Translations under genes and position numbers: made by a program
Notes under the pieces: model-generated
Told to the model about the DNA's origin: nothing
Databases searched by the model: none
The model's input: the letters and a program-made list of their open reading frames with translations, nothing else
In this document: positions 38,596-51,580 of the stretch, piece after piece
Position numbering within the stretch: the first letter of the stretch is position 1
Layout of the letters: each line of letters starts with the position of its first letter
From: Chiloscyllium plagiosum
Taxonomy: Eukaryota
Assembly (NCBI RefSeq): GCF_004010195.1
Contig: NC_057719.1
Span: 84,520,239-84,582,548 of the forward strand
Direction: 5' to 3'
DNA: 62,310 nucleotides

Positions 38596-39749
38596 TCCGT
38601 GTGTGTATGAGAGACAGCTTGCATATGAGAGCGGGTTGCATGAGTGTGTGAGAGTATGTAAGTGTGTATGCGAGAGAGTGTACAGTGTAGTGGGGGCCTG
38701 GTGACAAGAATCCAAGGTCCTGGTTGAGGCCATCCTCATGGGTACCAAACTTGGCTATCAACCTCTGCTCAGCCGCTTTGTGCTGTTGCCTGTCCCGGAG
38801 TCTGCCTTGGAGGATGGTCACCTGAAGATCCAAGGCCGAATGTTCCTAACTGCTGAAGCATTCCCCAATGGGGAGGGAACACCCTTGTCTGGTGAATGAT
38901 GTGCAGTATCCATTCATCTGTTGTTGTAGCGTCTGCTTGGTCTTGCCAATGTACCATGCTTCAGAGCAACTTGCCTGCACCGTATGAAATAGACAATGTA
39001 GGCCATGTCACATGAGTACTTGCTGTGTATATGTTGAGTGATGTTCCCATGCGTAATGGTGGTATCAGTACTGACACTCTGACACATCTTGCAGTGGTTG
39101 CTATGACAGGGTTGTAGTGTTGTGGTTGATGTCACGCTACAGGTGACCCCACTACACTATACACACTGTCTCACATACACACACTCTTACATACTCACAC
39201 AGACCTTCTCTCATCCACCCCCCACACTCTCACCCATGTGTGCACCCTCTCAAAGGCTTATACCCCATCACTCTCATACTTTACCAAACTCTCACACATA
39301 CAAACACACTCACACATGCACACACACGTAAGTCTATTGAATTTGTATTTGCAGAATTATATTGATAGATACATTCTACTTTGCTCAAAAAATACATAAT
39401 CAGTAGGCAGTCAATGCAGACAATCAATCCATATAATAGTTTGCAAATTCAACTTTGGAAATAGAACCAGTCTGAGTCAGGATTGAGTACAGGCAGACTC
39501 TGACCTCACACCTTTAAGGCAATGTCTGAGCTAAGAGGTCACTTTTCTGTAATTAAACCATAATTTATCTTGAGAACATGACTTAAAAGGAGTTCTGGGA
39601 TTTACATATTAATGAATCAAAACCTGTAACCCATTTTAAAAGATGAGAGACTTAACAACAATCGAGGTTTGTTAAATATATCATTTTACTTGCATGACAC
39701 TAACCTTTTGCTATAAATTCTGGGTCTTATGGTCCTACTCTACAACCAC

Positions 39750-39778
39750 CTGAAGGAGGAGTGGTGCTCCGAAAGCTA
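39750..39778 (+). ncRNA. Hammerhead-like motif, family B
   Basis: CUGAAGG-A-GGAG(UGGUG)CUCC-GAAA-GCUA. Palindromic AGCU helix III; one deviation in the core. Confidence 0.5.
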
Positions 39779-40321
39779 GTGCTTCAAAATTAACCTGTTG
39801 GACTATAACCTGGTGTTGTGTGATTTTCAATATTTTGAAGATTTGAAAGCTTGTCATGATTTGATGATCACCTATCTGGCAAAGTTTTCATTAGTCTCTT
39901 GCAGTTGCTCAACAACTTTTGTTGTTTATGGTTGGCTTTTCAGTAGCACTGCATAAGCATTGTCATCAGAGCATTCTTCCTCACTGTCTTTGTCCTTGAT
40001 TATGTGCCTTACATTACTTTGAGCCAGCTTCTGTTCCTTTGCAATGTAACACCATGATCAATCGTATACAATCTGGACTGGTTGCATATTCTAGAAATCT
40101 TTGCTGCTATCCAGCTATTTGTATTTCTAACTTGCTTCCAGCCCAATGCACAATGTTTGTTAGTTCTCGAGCTACTTGCTTTTTGTCTCCAGCTCATTCT
40201 CCACAATCCTTGATGATTGACATGTATAGGCAATTGTTTTCTTGGCAAAGTTTTTTTGCACTTGCCTTCCATACATAATTTGAGCTAGATATAATCCTTT
40301 CTCCATTTGTGTCATATACAA

Positions 40322-41001
40322 AGAGTTAAAAATCACACAATACCAGCTTATAGCTGGTACAGGTTATTTGTAAGCACTGTCTCTCCATCAGGTGACAATG
40401 TTTAAGACAGAATTTATAGTAGAAGGTCACAATGTCATACAGTTGAAATATATTAAACAAACTTAGATCAAGTGTTTCATCTTTTAGAATGGGTCTCTTA
40501 GTTTTGGTTCGTAAAATGTAATCCCAGGACTCCTTTTAAATCACATTCTCAAGATTATTACCTCAGATTTTCCACAAAATGGTGTCATCTCAGCTCAGAC
40601 AACACATTAAAGGTGTGAGGTGAAAGTTTGTGTCCCCTAATCTGGAGTCAGACTGGTTCCATTTCTAAAGTGGGTTTAGAGAATCGTACATGGATAGACT
40701 GTAGGTTATGCATTTTTGAGCAAAACATGACTTAAAAGGAATTCTGGGATTTACATATTAACGAACCAAAACTTGGAAACCCATTCTAAAAGATGGGAGA
40801 CTTAATCTAAGTTTGTTTAATATATTTCAACTGCATGACACTAACTGTTTGCTATAAATTCTGCGTCTTATGGTCCTGCTCCACAACCCTCTGATGAAGA
40901 GGCAGAGCTTTGAAAGCCAGTGTTTCCAAATAAACCTGTTGGACAATAACCTCGTGTTGTGATATTTAACTTTGTCCACCCCAGTCCAACACCAGCTCCT
41001 C
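40322..41001. mobile_element. Inverted family-B PLE terminal/UTR pair
   Basis: 40322-40725 (-) mirrors 40726-41001 (+). Degenerate ctgatgaagaggcagagctttgaaagcca at about 40892. Confidence 0.75.
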
Positions 41002-42069
41002 CAAATAGTGTATACAAACATAGTAATGCAACGTGAAAATCTTGCTGCATTGTCCAATACAATGAGCACTGAATTAACAAAAACATCCCAAATACTCTGC
41101 TTGACCAATTGAGAATTGATGGTAAGGTGATGATGTGATATGGGTCATTTCTTACTTGAAATGGGTTAACTATTAGAGTGATGCAGGTTTTCTTCCAATA
41201 GAATATTTCACCTGCTGCAGCAATGTTTACGTTTCCCCTGCGACTAACATTCCCTTTAAGTTGTGTGGCCACTGCTGGTTCCATGCACTCCAAATGGTGT
41301 GGCAATCCATTGCTGTCTTATTTGGACATAGACCTCAGAGGTCCACACACAAAAGGAAAGGAAGTGTTACTTGTAACATCAGACCCTGGACATGAATGAC
41401 ATAGTATTGAAGAATCCAAACAAGTTTTATTATATGCTCCAACTTAGAGTGCCAAGCTTCAAGTGATTCGAGGCAAGATGGCATAGGAGGCTGTAATAGT
41501 CTCAGGTTACATGCTATGATAGAGTGAACATGTATCAGAAAGGTAAACTGGTATACTGATGACACACAACATATTTCCATTTCCCTTAGTTTCCCCTTCA
41601 ACTCTCCTCTTAGACTAAGCTTTTAACAGTCTGCTAATTTTTCCTTAAATATCATGGTGTGATAATTTGTTCAATAACACTTAAGTACCATGACATGCGG
41701 CTACATTAAAACCATGACAAAAGCAAGTTGTTATCGTAACATTTCCTACACCAGTCGTGCTTCAATAAAAGATCAAGTCAGTGTGAACTTGTGGCACATT
41801 GCAAATGGTTCAGTGCTATGGATCTACAGCTACAGGAAACAGTCTAACACAAAACTAATTTTACATTAGTTCCTTATTAATGAGAGTATTCCTCTTGCAT
41901 TTTGCTTAGTTTTGACCATCAGAAATAAGATACCCTGCTACTCCATTAGGATTTAAAAATTAGATATTATCAACCATTCATAATTTAAAAATTAAACCCC
42001 CTATTGTCAATTAATTTCCTTTTACCTTCAAATACTAAATTAAGACTCCAAACCTTGACTTGTTTACAG

Positions 42070-42160
42070 GCACAAAGAGACAGCACCAATAAAATATCTT
42101 GAACTGGAAGAAAAGATTCGCAAGGACCCACGCTTGGCAAAGAAATTAAAGAACTGCTAA
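42070..42160 (+). CDS. DRC7: DRC7 last coding exon, with stop
   Basis: tttacag| then HKETAPIKYLELEEKIRKDPRLAKKLKNC*, cf. human HKELAPLKYLALEEKLYKDPRL. TAA at 42158-42160. Confidence 0.95.
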
Positions 42161-42321
42161 ACATATTTAACTGTCTCAATGAAAACAAGTACTGTGAGAA
42201 AATTATTGGATGTGCAGTAACACACTTTATTTGGTAATCCCACATACAAAATCTAAAAATGGTTTCACATGAATAATTTAAATATATTTATGTTTTAGTC
42301 ATATCCATTGACATTTTTTGT

Positions 42322-42327
42322 AATAAA
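42322..42327 (+). terminator. Candidate DRC7 polyadenylation signal AATAAA
   Basis: First AATAAA, about 160 nt after the DRC7 stop codon. A second lies at 42443-42448. Confidence 0.6.
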
Positions 42328-43075
42328 GGTTTGTAATGAAGGTATAATTAGGCTGTGTATTGTTCACCTGAAGGATACCAACTGTTCTTTGTGATTGACT
42401 TTCAATTGCCCTCTGAAATGGCCTAGCAAGTTAAATTTATTGAATAAATGCAAAAATATACTTCAGGTAAGGGCAGGCACTAAACAAAGCAACCTGAAAA
42501 GTATGGCTTGGAACTAATTAGTTACCCAAGTCCATAAACATTGTACTCGCCTATACTGCACCATTTAAAAGATAAGCCGAGACCAAGTCCAATAGTGATT
42601 GAAACTTTGAGGCAAGAGAGTGATATGGGCTGTTGATAATATTAAGACAATTGGTTTATCCATCATATCAGACAAATTGTCAGTTTGGACTTATTAGGCC
42701 AATTATTCTGTATTCAGCATTGAAACAGACAATCTGCCTTAACTTTAAACTTACTAACTTCCTTTCATAAAAGCCCACAAATTTTATCTTGCACTGAAAT
42801 CCATATTTGCAGGTTAAATACTATCTACAGCATCTGTCAAGTTTTGTGACACAGTAGCTCAAGACAGTTCAGATAGTTAGCTGAAGGTTTGACCAAAAGC
42901 ATTTCTATAAATGAAAAATACTGTAAGGAAGGCAATAGCACATAAATCAGAATAACATAACATCCAAGTTAGTTTACCTTGGGGATAGATTTCAGTGATT
43001 TGTCTATTGAGTGATATCAGTATATCAATGGTTCAAGATCTTAACAGGCTGATTCCATTATTCCCTTTGTGCAAC

Positions 43076-43081
43076 TTTATT
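43076..43081 (-). terminator. Candidate proximal polyA signal of the KNSTRN-like gene
   Basis: tttatt (AATAAA on -) about 27 nt past the stop codon at 43108. Confidence 0.5.
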
Positions 43082-43107
43082 AAACATACACAATCAATAT
43101 ATACACC

Positions 43108-43281
43108 TTAAAGTGATTCATTATAATCGCAAGGATAAGCGCATTCAAAGTCCGGATGTAAAAGTTGTTTTGATTGGTTTAAAGATATTCTCCACTCCTC
43201 CAGGTCCTTCTGGATCAAATCTGTCTCTTGTACGATTCTAGCACTCTCCTCCTTTGCGTTCTCCAACTTCAGCCTCGTCAC
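43108..43281 (-). CDS. KNSTRN: KNSTRN/SKAP-like, last coding exon
   Basis: On -: gaatag|VTRLKLENAKEESARIVQETDLIQKDLEEWRISLNQSKQLLHPDFECAYPCDYNESL*. Coiled-coil, resembling recalled human ALKVKLEMKEE...ALKEMEQLL. Confidence 0.78.
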   Translation of the reverse strand: MTRLKLENAKEESARIVQETDLIQKDLEEWRISLNQSKQLLHPDFECAYPCDYNESL

Positions 43282-44404
43282 CTATTCACAGGGATAATAG
43301 GAAATAGTATAAGTGGCACATGAATGATCACCGAGTAGGAAACAACCATGAAAACCACGAGGGAAATCTATTTCACCCAGAGGCTAGTGGGGGTCTGGAA
43401 TGCACTGCCTGGGAGTTGAAGCAGGTAACTTCACACCTTTTAAAAAGATACATAGTTTAGTGAGAACACCATGTGCATTAGCAAGTTCTCAATTTCAATC
43501 CGCCATGATGAATTTGATGTTTAAGTGTGATCACAGTAGGTTAGTAATGAGTACCGATTGTGGAGCTCCAGAAAAATGAATATTCAACAGCTCCTCCTTC
43601 TGCTGCAACCAGGAGATCCCTGATGTCAGCCCAATGATCAATATCAGAGAGGGAGAAAACCAGGTTTTTGTTTTATTAATTCATGAGACACAGGCATCGC
43701 AGCATTTATTGCCTGTCCCTAGTTGCTCTTAAAGATAGTGGGAAGCTGCTTTCTCATTCTGCTGACAGTTCAATTACTTCCATCAGAGAGGATATTCTAG
43801 GATTTTGACCCAGTGACAATGAAGGAACAGCAACGTATTTCCAAGTTAGAATGGTGAGTGGCTTGGAGGGGAACTTGCAGGTAATGGTATTCCCTATAGG
43901 CAAAACGCCTACTTGTGAAGTTCTGATTCACTAATGTCCTTCAAAGAAAGAAATCTGTTCTTAGTTGGTCTGGTTGTCTTTTGGTTGTTGTCACTCCAAA
44001 AAGTCAGTTTCATAAATAGAATGATAAACAAATTACAATACATATAAATAGACCACCTATCAATTTAAGTTCTGGGTCTGGACATGACAAATGCAATCCC
44101 AACCTAGCAAAGTATTTCTCATCAACATTCCATAACTTGGAACTTGTGCCAAGATTGAGATAGTTGTTCAGTGGAATAGCCAAGTGAAACAGCCTATCAA
44201 TCAAATTCTCTAAACATATTCACAAACCCACAACCTCTAATATTGGAAATGACAAAAGCAGCAAGTACATGGCAGACATCACCATTTCTATAAGTCACTC
44301 ACTATCCAGACTTGAAAATGATCATCCTTCCTCGTTACCCAGTCAAATTACTAGAACTCTCTGGCCCAATCACACTAACTGCACTATATTGAATACTGAC
44401 TCTT

Positions 44405-44881
44405 TCAGCGGGCCGTGGAGGGGGTCGTTAGGGCCGACTGCCTGCCCCTCTTCCGCGGTTACGTTAGAGCCCGGGTGTCCTTGGAGAAGGAGCACACGGT
44501 GTCGACCAACACCCTGGAGTTGTTCAGGGAGAGGTGGGCGCCGCAGGGAGTGGAGTGCATCATTTCTCCCTCCAACTCTATTTTGATTTAGTCCCTACCC
44601 TCCCCCTCACTGTTTTGATCACACAGCACTGTCCTTTGATGTGAAGGGCAGTGTTTGTCACTGGCCACCCGGGTGTTTTCCTATCTTCCTGGTGGTGGAA
44701 ATTGAATAAAGATTTGTGCACTTTGTGTCTTTCACTGTGTCTCCCACCTGCACACACACACCATGGGTGCTGGGGATAAAATAAGCACTACCGCACTTAG
44801 GTGGTAGTGTGGGGGAAAAAAAAAAACGAAAAAAAAATAAATAAAATAAACAGGTGTGTGAAGGGCAGAAAAGAAAAAAAA
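44405..44881 (+). mobile_element. Young 5'-truncated Tx1/L1-clade retrotransposon 3' end with a 13-bp TSD
   Basis: TSD aatactgactctt at 44392-44404 and 44882-44894. CpG-rich open frame QRAVEGVVRADCLPLFRGYVRARVSLEKEH...LELFRERWAPQGVEC...ILI*. AATAAA at 44705; A-rich tail. Confidence 0.8.
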
Positions 44882-45977
44882 AATACTGACTCTTCAAATG
44901 TGTCAGTTCCGCATTTAAAGGGCAGTCAGGGAAAAAAAAAGTTGATACTTTTACCCATTTTGATTCAATTACCAAGTAAACCGACAGAATCTTATATGCA
45001 CATGAGCAACACCATGATGATTCCACTAATTCTTACATTTTCTCAAATCTCTATTGTAAATAGACCTCAAACATTCGTTTCTAAAACATGCTAATGCACA
45101 GGGCTGAACGGTTCTTCCTTCAATTGTTTAGGATATTGTGAAAATTTCAAAAATTCTAATATCCTAAAGACCACAAAAATAAGCCACACTTCAGAAATAA
45201 AACTAGTCTCAAGGATGGCGTATCCTTCAGTGACAAACTTATCTGACAATTGGCACCCAAGATTATATTCAAGAATAGAAAAATTTCAAACCCCAATTGT
45301 AAACTGATTTGAGCATTATTGTTAGGCAAAGGTTGATCAGACCATCCCATCAGACATCCAGCATAAATGATGTCTGTTAAACAGGATTACATCTTTCTTC
45401 GGTGGCAATGACTCCTTTTCAAATAATATGTACTGTGGTGTAACCCAATTCACATCATTGCTGACAGAACTGAAGCACCTACTCACATGCAGCATGAATG
45501 CCTTGGATCAGATAAATATTTTTCCCTCAAGAACTTAGAATAATGTGATAATTCTGATAAATAGTAGTTATGAGTTAGAAACAAACAATGCTGGTCTATA
45601 CTGTGTTTGCAAAAAGAATTGTAGTCACCTTGGTAATTTTGACACAGGTATTCATTTATCTGTGCACCCTCACCAACTGACATTTATTAACTAATTGCAT
45701 TGTGCTGCCTGCTTTAGATTTCATCAATTTGCGCAATCTTTAAAATTTACTCATTAGTTAGTTCAAGTTTCCCTGCAGTACTAACTTAAAAACACTTCCA
45801 TCAGAATTTTCTTTTTGATATGACAGTTTATACATCTATAAAATTATTTATATCTTGTTCCCAGTTTGTGCTGCTCCAACAGGATTCTTACATATTCATA
45901 AAAGTAAATGTTAAAATTATCTTTTTATTGGAAAACATTGCAATGAAATATTACAATGCTTAGAAGTAGATTCTTAC

Positions 45978-46052
45978 CTGGAACCTCCCCCTCTTTTCTT
46001 CTGTGAATTTTCCCAATGTTTGTAGTTCTGCCAGGAGATTCTCCACAAGTAC
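45978..46052 (-). CDS. KNSTRN: KNSTRN-like exon 7
   Basis: On -: cttcag| VLVENLLAELQTLGKFTEEKRGRFQ |gtaaga. 75 bp, cf. human LLLETLQEELKLFNETAKKQMEELQ. Confidence 0.8.
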
Positions 46053-46741
46053 CTGAAGCAGACAAGTTATTCAGCAGTCATTCCATTTCGTAACTCAGTG
46101 GTACAACTTACAATATAAAAAGGGTGTGGGGAGTGAAACCTCTTTTGGTCAGTGTTTTGAAATCTTCAGCAGCAATAGGGAAAGAAAAAACATGCTCGTT
46201 TGTGGTGGGGGAAAGAGATCAATCACAAAATGGTCTAATTTTGGAGCAGAAAGTTTCAAAATTGTTACTTTTCTTTGTACTGTATATGCTTAATAACTCG
46301 TACATAATTTCTAACTGAAATAGAATTGTTGACTTTGATTCAGATGTGTAGCTTGCAATGTAAAAATTAATGCCCAAAACACGTTAAATTCATGGTAGGA
46401 ATTTTGACTCAATTAGAATAGATTGTTGTTTTTACAACTGAAATGCAATCTTGCTATAAAGTCGATGCGGCATCTGTTCTGTCAGTTATAATTTGTAGAA
46501 TTACTTGCATGTATTTTCTGATATCTTTTCCCCATCCCAAATCCCTCCTTGGGATGCAATGCCAAAGTAAATTGTCCTCTTGAACCAGATCCAAATGGAC
46601 AGGGAGGACTGGCAACCTCCAACTCTAAAGCAGGTCAAATTATACCCACAGCCCCCAAACTTTTGGCTGCAGACCCATTTCCAAATTTCACTGTCCACAA
46701 ACAAGCAAAAATCAAACACAAAAGAAAAAAAATTACCTTAC

Positions 46742-46803
46742 CATTACATCCCTTCGGCATGCATTCTTTTGATCATGTTCTTCAATTATTCTATTGGCTG
46801 AAA
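46742..46803 (-). CDS. KNSTRN: KNSTRN-like exon 6
   Basis: On -: ttgctttttcag| (V)SANRIIEEHDQKNACRRDVM |gtaagg. 62 bp; supplies exactly the phase 1-to-0 link needed between the flanking exons. Confidence 0.78.
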
Positions 46804-47867
46804 CTGAAAAAGCAAAAATAAGCAAAGATGAGAAAGACATTAGGGGTATATCCTAAATCAGAGGCCTCTTTGTGAACAGAACCTTTAACTATTTACACGT
46901 TTGCACTTCAAGGAAAGAATAAAGCAGCAGTCTCACTCGAGGGGGAAGCAAGGTGATGACAACTGTCTGTTTATTATGTGTTGCTAGATAAGTTTTGTTA
47001 ATTCCATTCTGTTAGAATGGTGAATTGACAGAGCTAAAAAGGTGCGCTGCGCTGCTGGTGAGAAAAACAAAACAAGCTTGGTGAGAATTCTACAGCTACA
47101 CTCAAAAAAAAGATTATTACTACCTTCAAAGAACTGACCCTGATTTTAAACTTCATGTCTTTGTATTTGATTATCCTATACTGTAATTTTACGCCACTAG
47201 GTAAACCAAGCAATTGTTTTATTGAACAGTAGAAATCTGAGCAAAATCAAAAGTTATAAAACAAAATCATAGATTTTTGGGATACTCCCTTGTTTCACGC
47301 TGCACAGCAATATATGGTTATACAATACCTTTAATAGAAACAAAATATGATCACCACGACTTACTTTATTCATTCCTGGGCTAGCATTTGTCACCCATTA
47401 CAAACTTCCATTGTCCTTCAATTGGAGTAGCTTGTTAGGATATTTCAGAAGACATTAAAGAGTTAATCACATTGCACAAAGTCATTATTCACATGTTTGC
47501 CAGACCAAGCAAAGGATCCTTCCCTAATGGATTCTGGTGAACCAGAAGAGTTTTCACAACAATTCACAATAGCAATGGTGATTCTGAAACAGAGATTGGC
47601 AGAGACTGTTCTCATAATACTCAAGGATCTGTGGCATAAGGATCCAAGTATAATGCAAAAACCAATTCACATAACATGCAGGTTGCCATGTATAATGTAA
47701 GCATCAACCAAAATTGAACAAATGACTCCAGAGATTGAAAATAAAATTTAAAAATTCTGTAAACACTCAAGGACGTCAGGTAGAATCTGTATAGAGAGAG
47801 AAGTGGAATTAAAGTTTTGATTCCAGTAAGAATATTCTTTGGAACCAACAGCCAATTTATGCATTCA

Positions 47868-50800
47868 TACCCTTTCTGCCATTATGCGTGTTTTGCCAAC
47901 GTGAATTGGCTGCAATGCAATTGATGAATAGGTGAACACTGCTTATAAAACGAACTTTCATATACATGTGCTGGCTATTACACGATTCCATCTCTTAATA
48001 CTAAGTGTCACAGCACGTGGGGGAATACAGTGTTTATGCCAGAATCTGTGTCAACATCACATGTTCACTTGACTCCCGTGCTTTGTTGTGAAATGCTTTT
48101 TGAGAGATATTCCATTATTTTCAGTTTATTTTTGCAAATGTTGCTGTGTTACCTACAAATATAGGAGGACAACATAACAAAGAATGTTTACAAGCAGCAT
48201 CCTGGTAATAAAATTGCAGGTGGTGAAAGTAAAAGAAAGGCTATAACACTTGGAGAAGTTCAATGTTATAAAATGTTTGAATGTAACGAAAGAACATGTG
48301 ATATTGTTCATGCAACAGGAATAAAGCAGTGTATGTTATGGGGCATTACAGACAATGTAGAAAAATTAAAGCAAGCTGTATTGCTGGAACAAGTTGGAGT
48401 ACTAGCAAATCTGAGAGATCACAGCCAAACGAACTTGAGGAAATAGAGCTGCTTCTAAATGTGTGGATAGACGATCAAATGAAAAAGTGATCTGGGACCA
48501 GCTTTCTCACCATAAATGAGAAAGCCTTATGAATTTATGAAATTCTAAAGAAAAAAGCTGAAAAACATGCAGATTTGCCTGCCTTTAGTGCTAATCATGG
48601 CTGGTTTGCTGGTTTTAAGAATCGCTATGCTTTTCATAAAGCAAAGTTACTTGGTGAAGCTGCCAGTGCAAATGGGGAATGTGCGACATTGATTCCTCCC
48701 ATTGTGGAAAAAAAATTGATTTAGAAAGAAGGCTACAACTTTGATCAAATTTTCAATTTGGATGAGACAGTTTTATACTGGAAGTGATTGCCACCAAGCA
48801 TCTACGTTTCTAAGAATGAAGCACGCACTTTCAGCTTTAAGGTTGCAAAGGATCATATGATTGTTGTTGGGTGCCAATACTAGTGGAGACAAAGCTCAAG
48901 TCTGTGGTGGCGTACCACTGCCAACCTGTGAGCCTTGAAAGGTTGTCTTAAGTCCACTATAGATATCTACTTTAGGTCAACAGAGAGGTTGAATGATGGG
49001 GCAATTTTTTTCTGACCTTATTGTTGATGTTTTCGAAGATGTTTTTAGAAATTATTGCAAGAAAATGACTTTGGATTTTATGATTGTCCTCATTCTGGAT
49101 AATGTGCCAGCCATCCTCCAACATTGCTAAACATCATAGAATATAGAACATTACAGCACAGTACAGGCCTTTCGGTCCTCGATGGTTTCACAGGTCAGTT
49201 CAACAATCTGAAGCCCATCTAGCCTACACTATTCAATTTTCAGCCATGTTTATCCAATAACCATTTAAATGCCCTTCAGGTTGGCAAGTCAACTGTTGCA
49301 GGCAATGCATTCCACACCCCTACTCTGAATAAATAAACTACCTCCGATATCTGTCAGATATCGATCACCCCTCAATTGAAAGCTATGGCCCCTCATGCTC
49401 GCCATCACCATCTGAGGAAAAAGGCTCTTACTGTCCACCCGATCTAACCCTCTGATTATCTTATAATCTCAGTTAAGTCACCTCTCAACCATCTTCTCTC
49501 AAATGAGAGCAGCCTCAACACCCTCAGCCTTTCCTTGCAAGGCTTTTCCTCCAAACCAGGCAACGTTCTAATAAATCTCCTCTAAACCCTTTCCAAAGCT
49601 TCCACATCCTTCCTATAATGCAGTAATCAGAACTGTACGCAATACTCCATTGCGGCCACACCAGAGTTTTCTACAGCTGCAGTATGACCTCATGATTCCA
49701 AAGCTAAATCCCTCTACTAATAAAAGCTAACACACCGTATGCCTTTTTAACAACCCTATCAGCCTTGGTGGCAACTTTCAGGGATCTATGTACATGGTCA
49801 CAGATCTCTCTGCTCATCTACACTACGAAGCAAACTTACCATTAGTCCCGTTCCTGCTTTTCCCTGTTTAATACTGTTACTCCTTCCAAAGTGAATCACC
49901 TCACATTTTTCCGCATTAAACTCCATTTACCACCTCAGCCCAGCTCTGCAGCTTAATGTCCCTCTGTAACTTACAACATCCTTTTGCACTATCCACAACT
50001 CTACCGACCTTAGTGTCATCCGCTCATTTACTAACTCATTCTTCTACGCCCTCATCCAGGTAGTTTATAAAAATGACAAACAGCAATGGACCCAAAACAG
50101 ATCTTTGTGGTATACCACTAGTAACTGAACTCCAGGATGAACATTTCCCATCAACCACTACCCTCTTTCAGCCAGTGAATTTCTGATTCAAACCGCTAAA
50201 TTGCCCTCAATCACATGCCTCTGTATTTCATGTAATAGCCTACCATGGGGAACCTGATCAAACACCTTACTGAAATATACACCATATCAACTGCTTTACC
50301 CTCATCCATCGGTTTGGTCACCTTCTCAAAGAACTCAATAGCGTTTGTGAGGCACGACCTAGCCTTCACAAAACCATGTTGACTATCAACTTATTTCTTT
50401 CTAGAGGATTATAAATCCTATTTCTTATAGCCTTTACCAACACTTTACCCACAATGGAAGTAAGGCTAACTGGTCTATAATTACCAAGGTTGTCTCTACT
50501 CCCCTTCTTGAACACTGGAGCAACACTTGCTATCCTCCAGTCTTCTGGCACTATTCCTGTAGACAATGATGACAAAGATCAGTGCCAAATGCTTGGCAAT
50601 CTCCTCCCTGGCTTCCCAGAGAATCCAAGGATAAATCCCATCCGGCCCAGGGGACTTATGTATTTTTACGTAATTGCTAACATCTCCTCTTTGTGAGCTT
50701 CAATCCCATCTAGTCTAGTAGCCTGTATCAAAATGCTATTTCTATCTCCAAACACAACCTTTCTCCTTCATGGATGGACCAGGGTGTAATAGCAGCCTTT

Positions 50801-51580
50801 AAAGCTTATTATTTAAGACATAGATTTAAGAAGCTAATTTCAGCTGAGGGGGATAATAAGGGCAGTATTCTTCAATTTTAGAAGAGCTTTAACATCAAGA
50901 ATGCTATTGACATTATTTAGAGGTCTGCAATGATGTCAGTAAGGACTGCTTGCATGCAATTTGGCGGAAGCTTCTCCCAGGTACTATTTATGATTTTAAA
51001 ACTTTTGAACAGTCAGAGGAGCTCCCACGCATCAAAGAACATTGTATTGCTCCAATGATTACAATACAGAATACAGCAAGATAGCAGTTTGTGGAAATAA
51101 GGTCTTACTTGGCACCTATGAATAGCTTCCTTATGAAACAAGAAAAATGGCAAAGTAGCAAATCTTTAAGCCAACCCCCTAGAAACAGTCAGAATACAAT
51201 CAACCACAGCCATCCATTTCTGGATTAACTATTTTTCATCTTAACCCTGCAACCACAACTGCACGTGAAGATGACGACGACGACTCTCAGACCATCTTAA
51301 CTCAGCAACCTCAAAACCACCCTCTTTCCCCCATCAAGTTATCTTCAACTTTTAAGGCAAGTGTTAAATTTACTCATTATTAGATACGAATTTAATATTT
51401 AACTGTACTTTCCATTGTGTTAGGCTAACAACTATATTTGTTTCAAATCTTGAGTAATATTGTTGATGGTCTGCGCCGGCTGTATTTTTTCCATAAGCCT
51501 GGTTATTTTCATTGCGTGATTTTCTATAGTGCAAGGTTTCACAGGAATGCAACTGTCACATTATAGCAGAAAGGACAGTA
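47868..51580 (+). mobile_element. Tigger/pogo-family DNA transposon (decayed), interrupted by CR1
   Basis: Imperfect TIRs tac-cctttctgccattatg (47868) and cattatagcagaaaggacagta (ending 51580), both with terminal TA. Transposase motifs FSANHGWFAGFKNRY, QIFNLDETVLYW, LILDN and MDQGVIAAFKAYY, with stops and frameshifts. Confidence 0.88.
49134..50728 (-). mobile_element. CR1 LINE fragment nested in the Tigger transposase
   Basis: PEDWRIASVAPVFKKGSRDNLGNYRPVSLTS on -. (ttctata/ttctatg) tail at about 49135-49150. Confidence 0.88.

Larger units (their letters stand above)
36621..39828. mobile_element. Inverted family-B Penelope-like element (Neptune-type) with a 12-bp TSD, containing a nested Rex1 LINE
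   Basis: TSD aatattttgaag at 36609-36620 and 39829-39840. Terminal repeats are inverted (about 36625-36770 on -, 39720-39828 on +). PCHSNHCKMC and AAEQRLIAKFGTHEDGLN occur on - at about 38700-39120. Confidence 0.82.

Noticed and set aside
43108..46052. Alternative reading of the last minus-strand exons (GTCGESPGR.../GDEAEVGERKGGEC*)
   Set aside because: It arises only if the 62-bp exon at 46742-46803 is skipped, and it loses the KNSTRN-like coiled coil.
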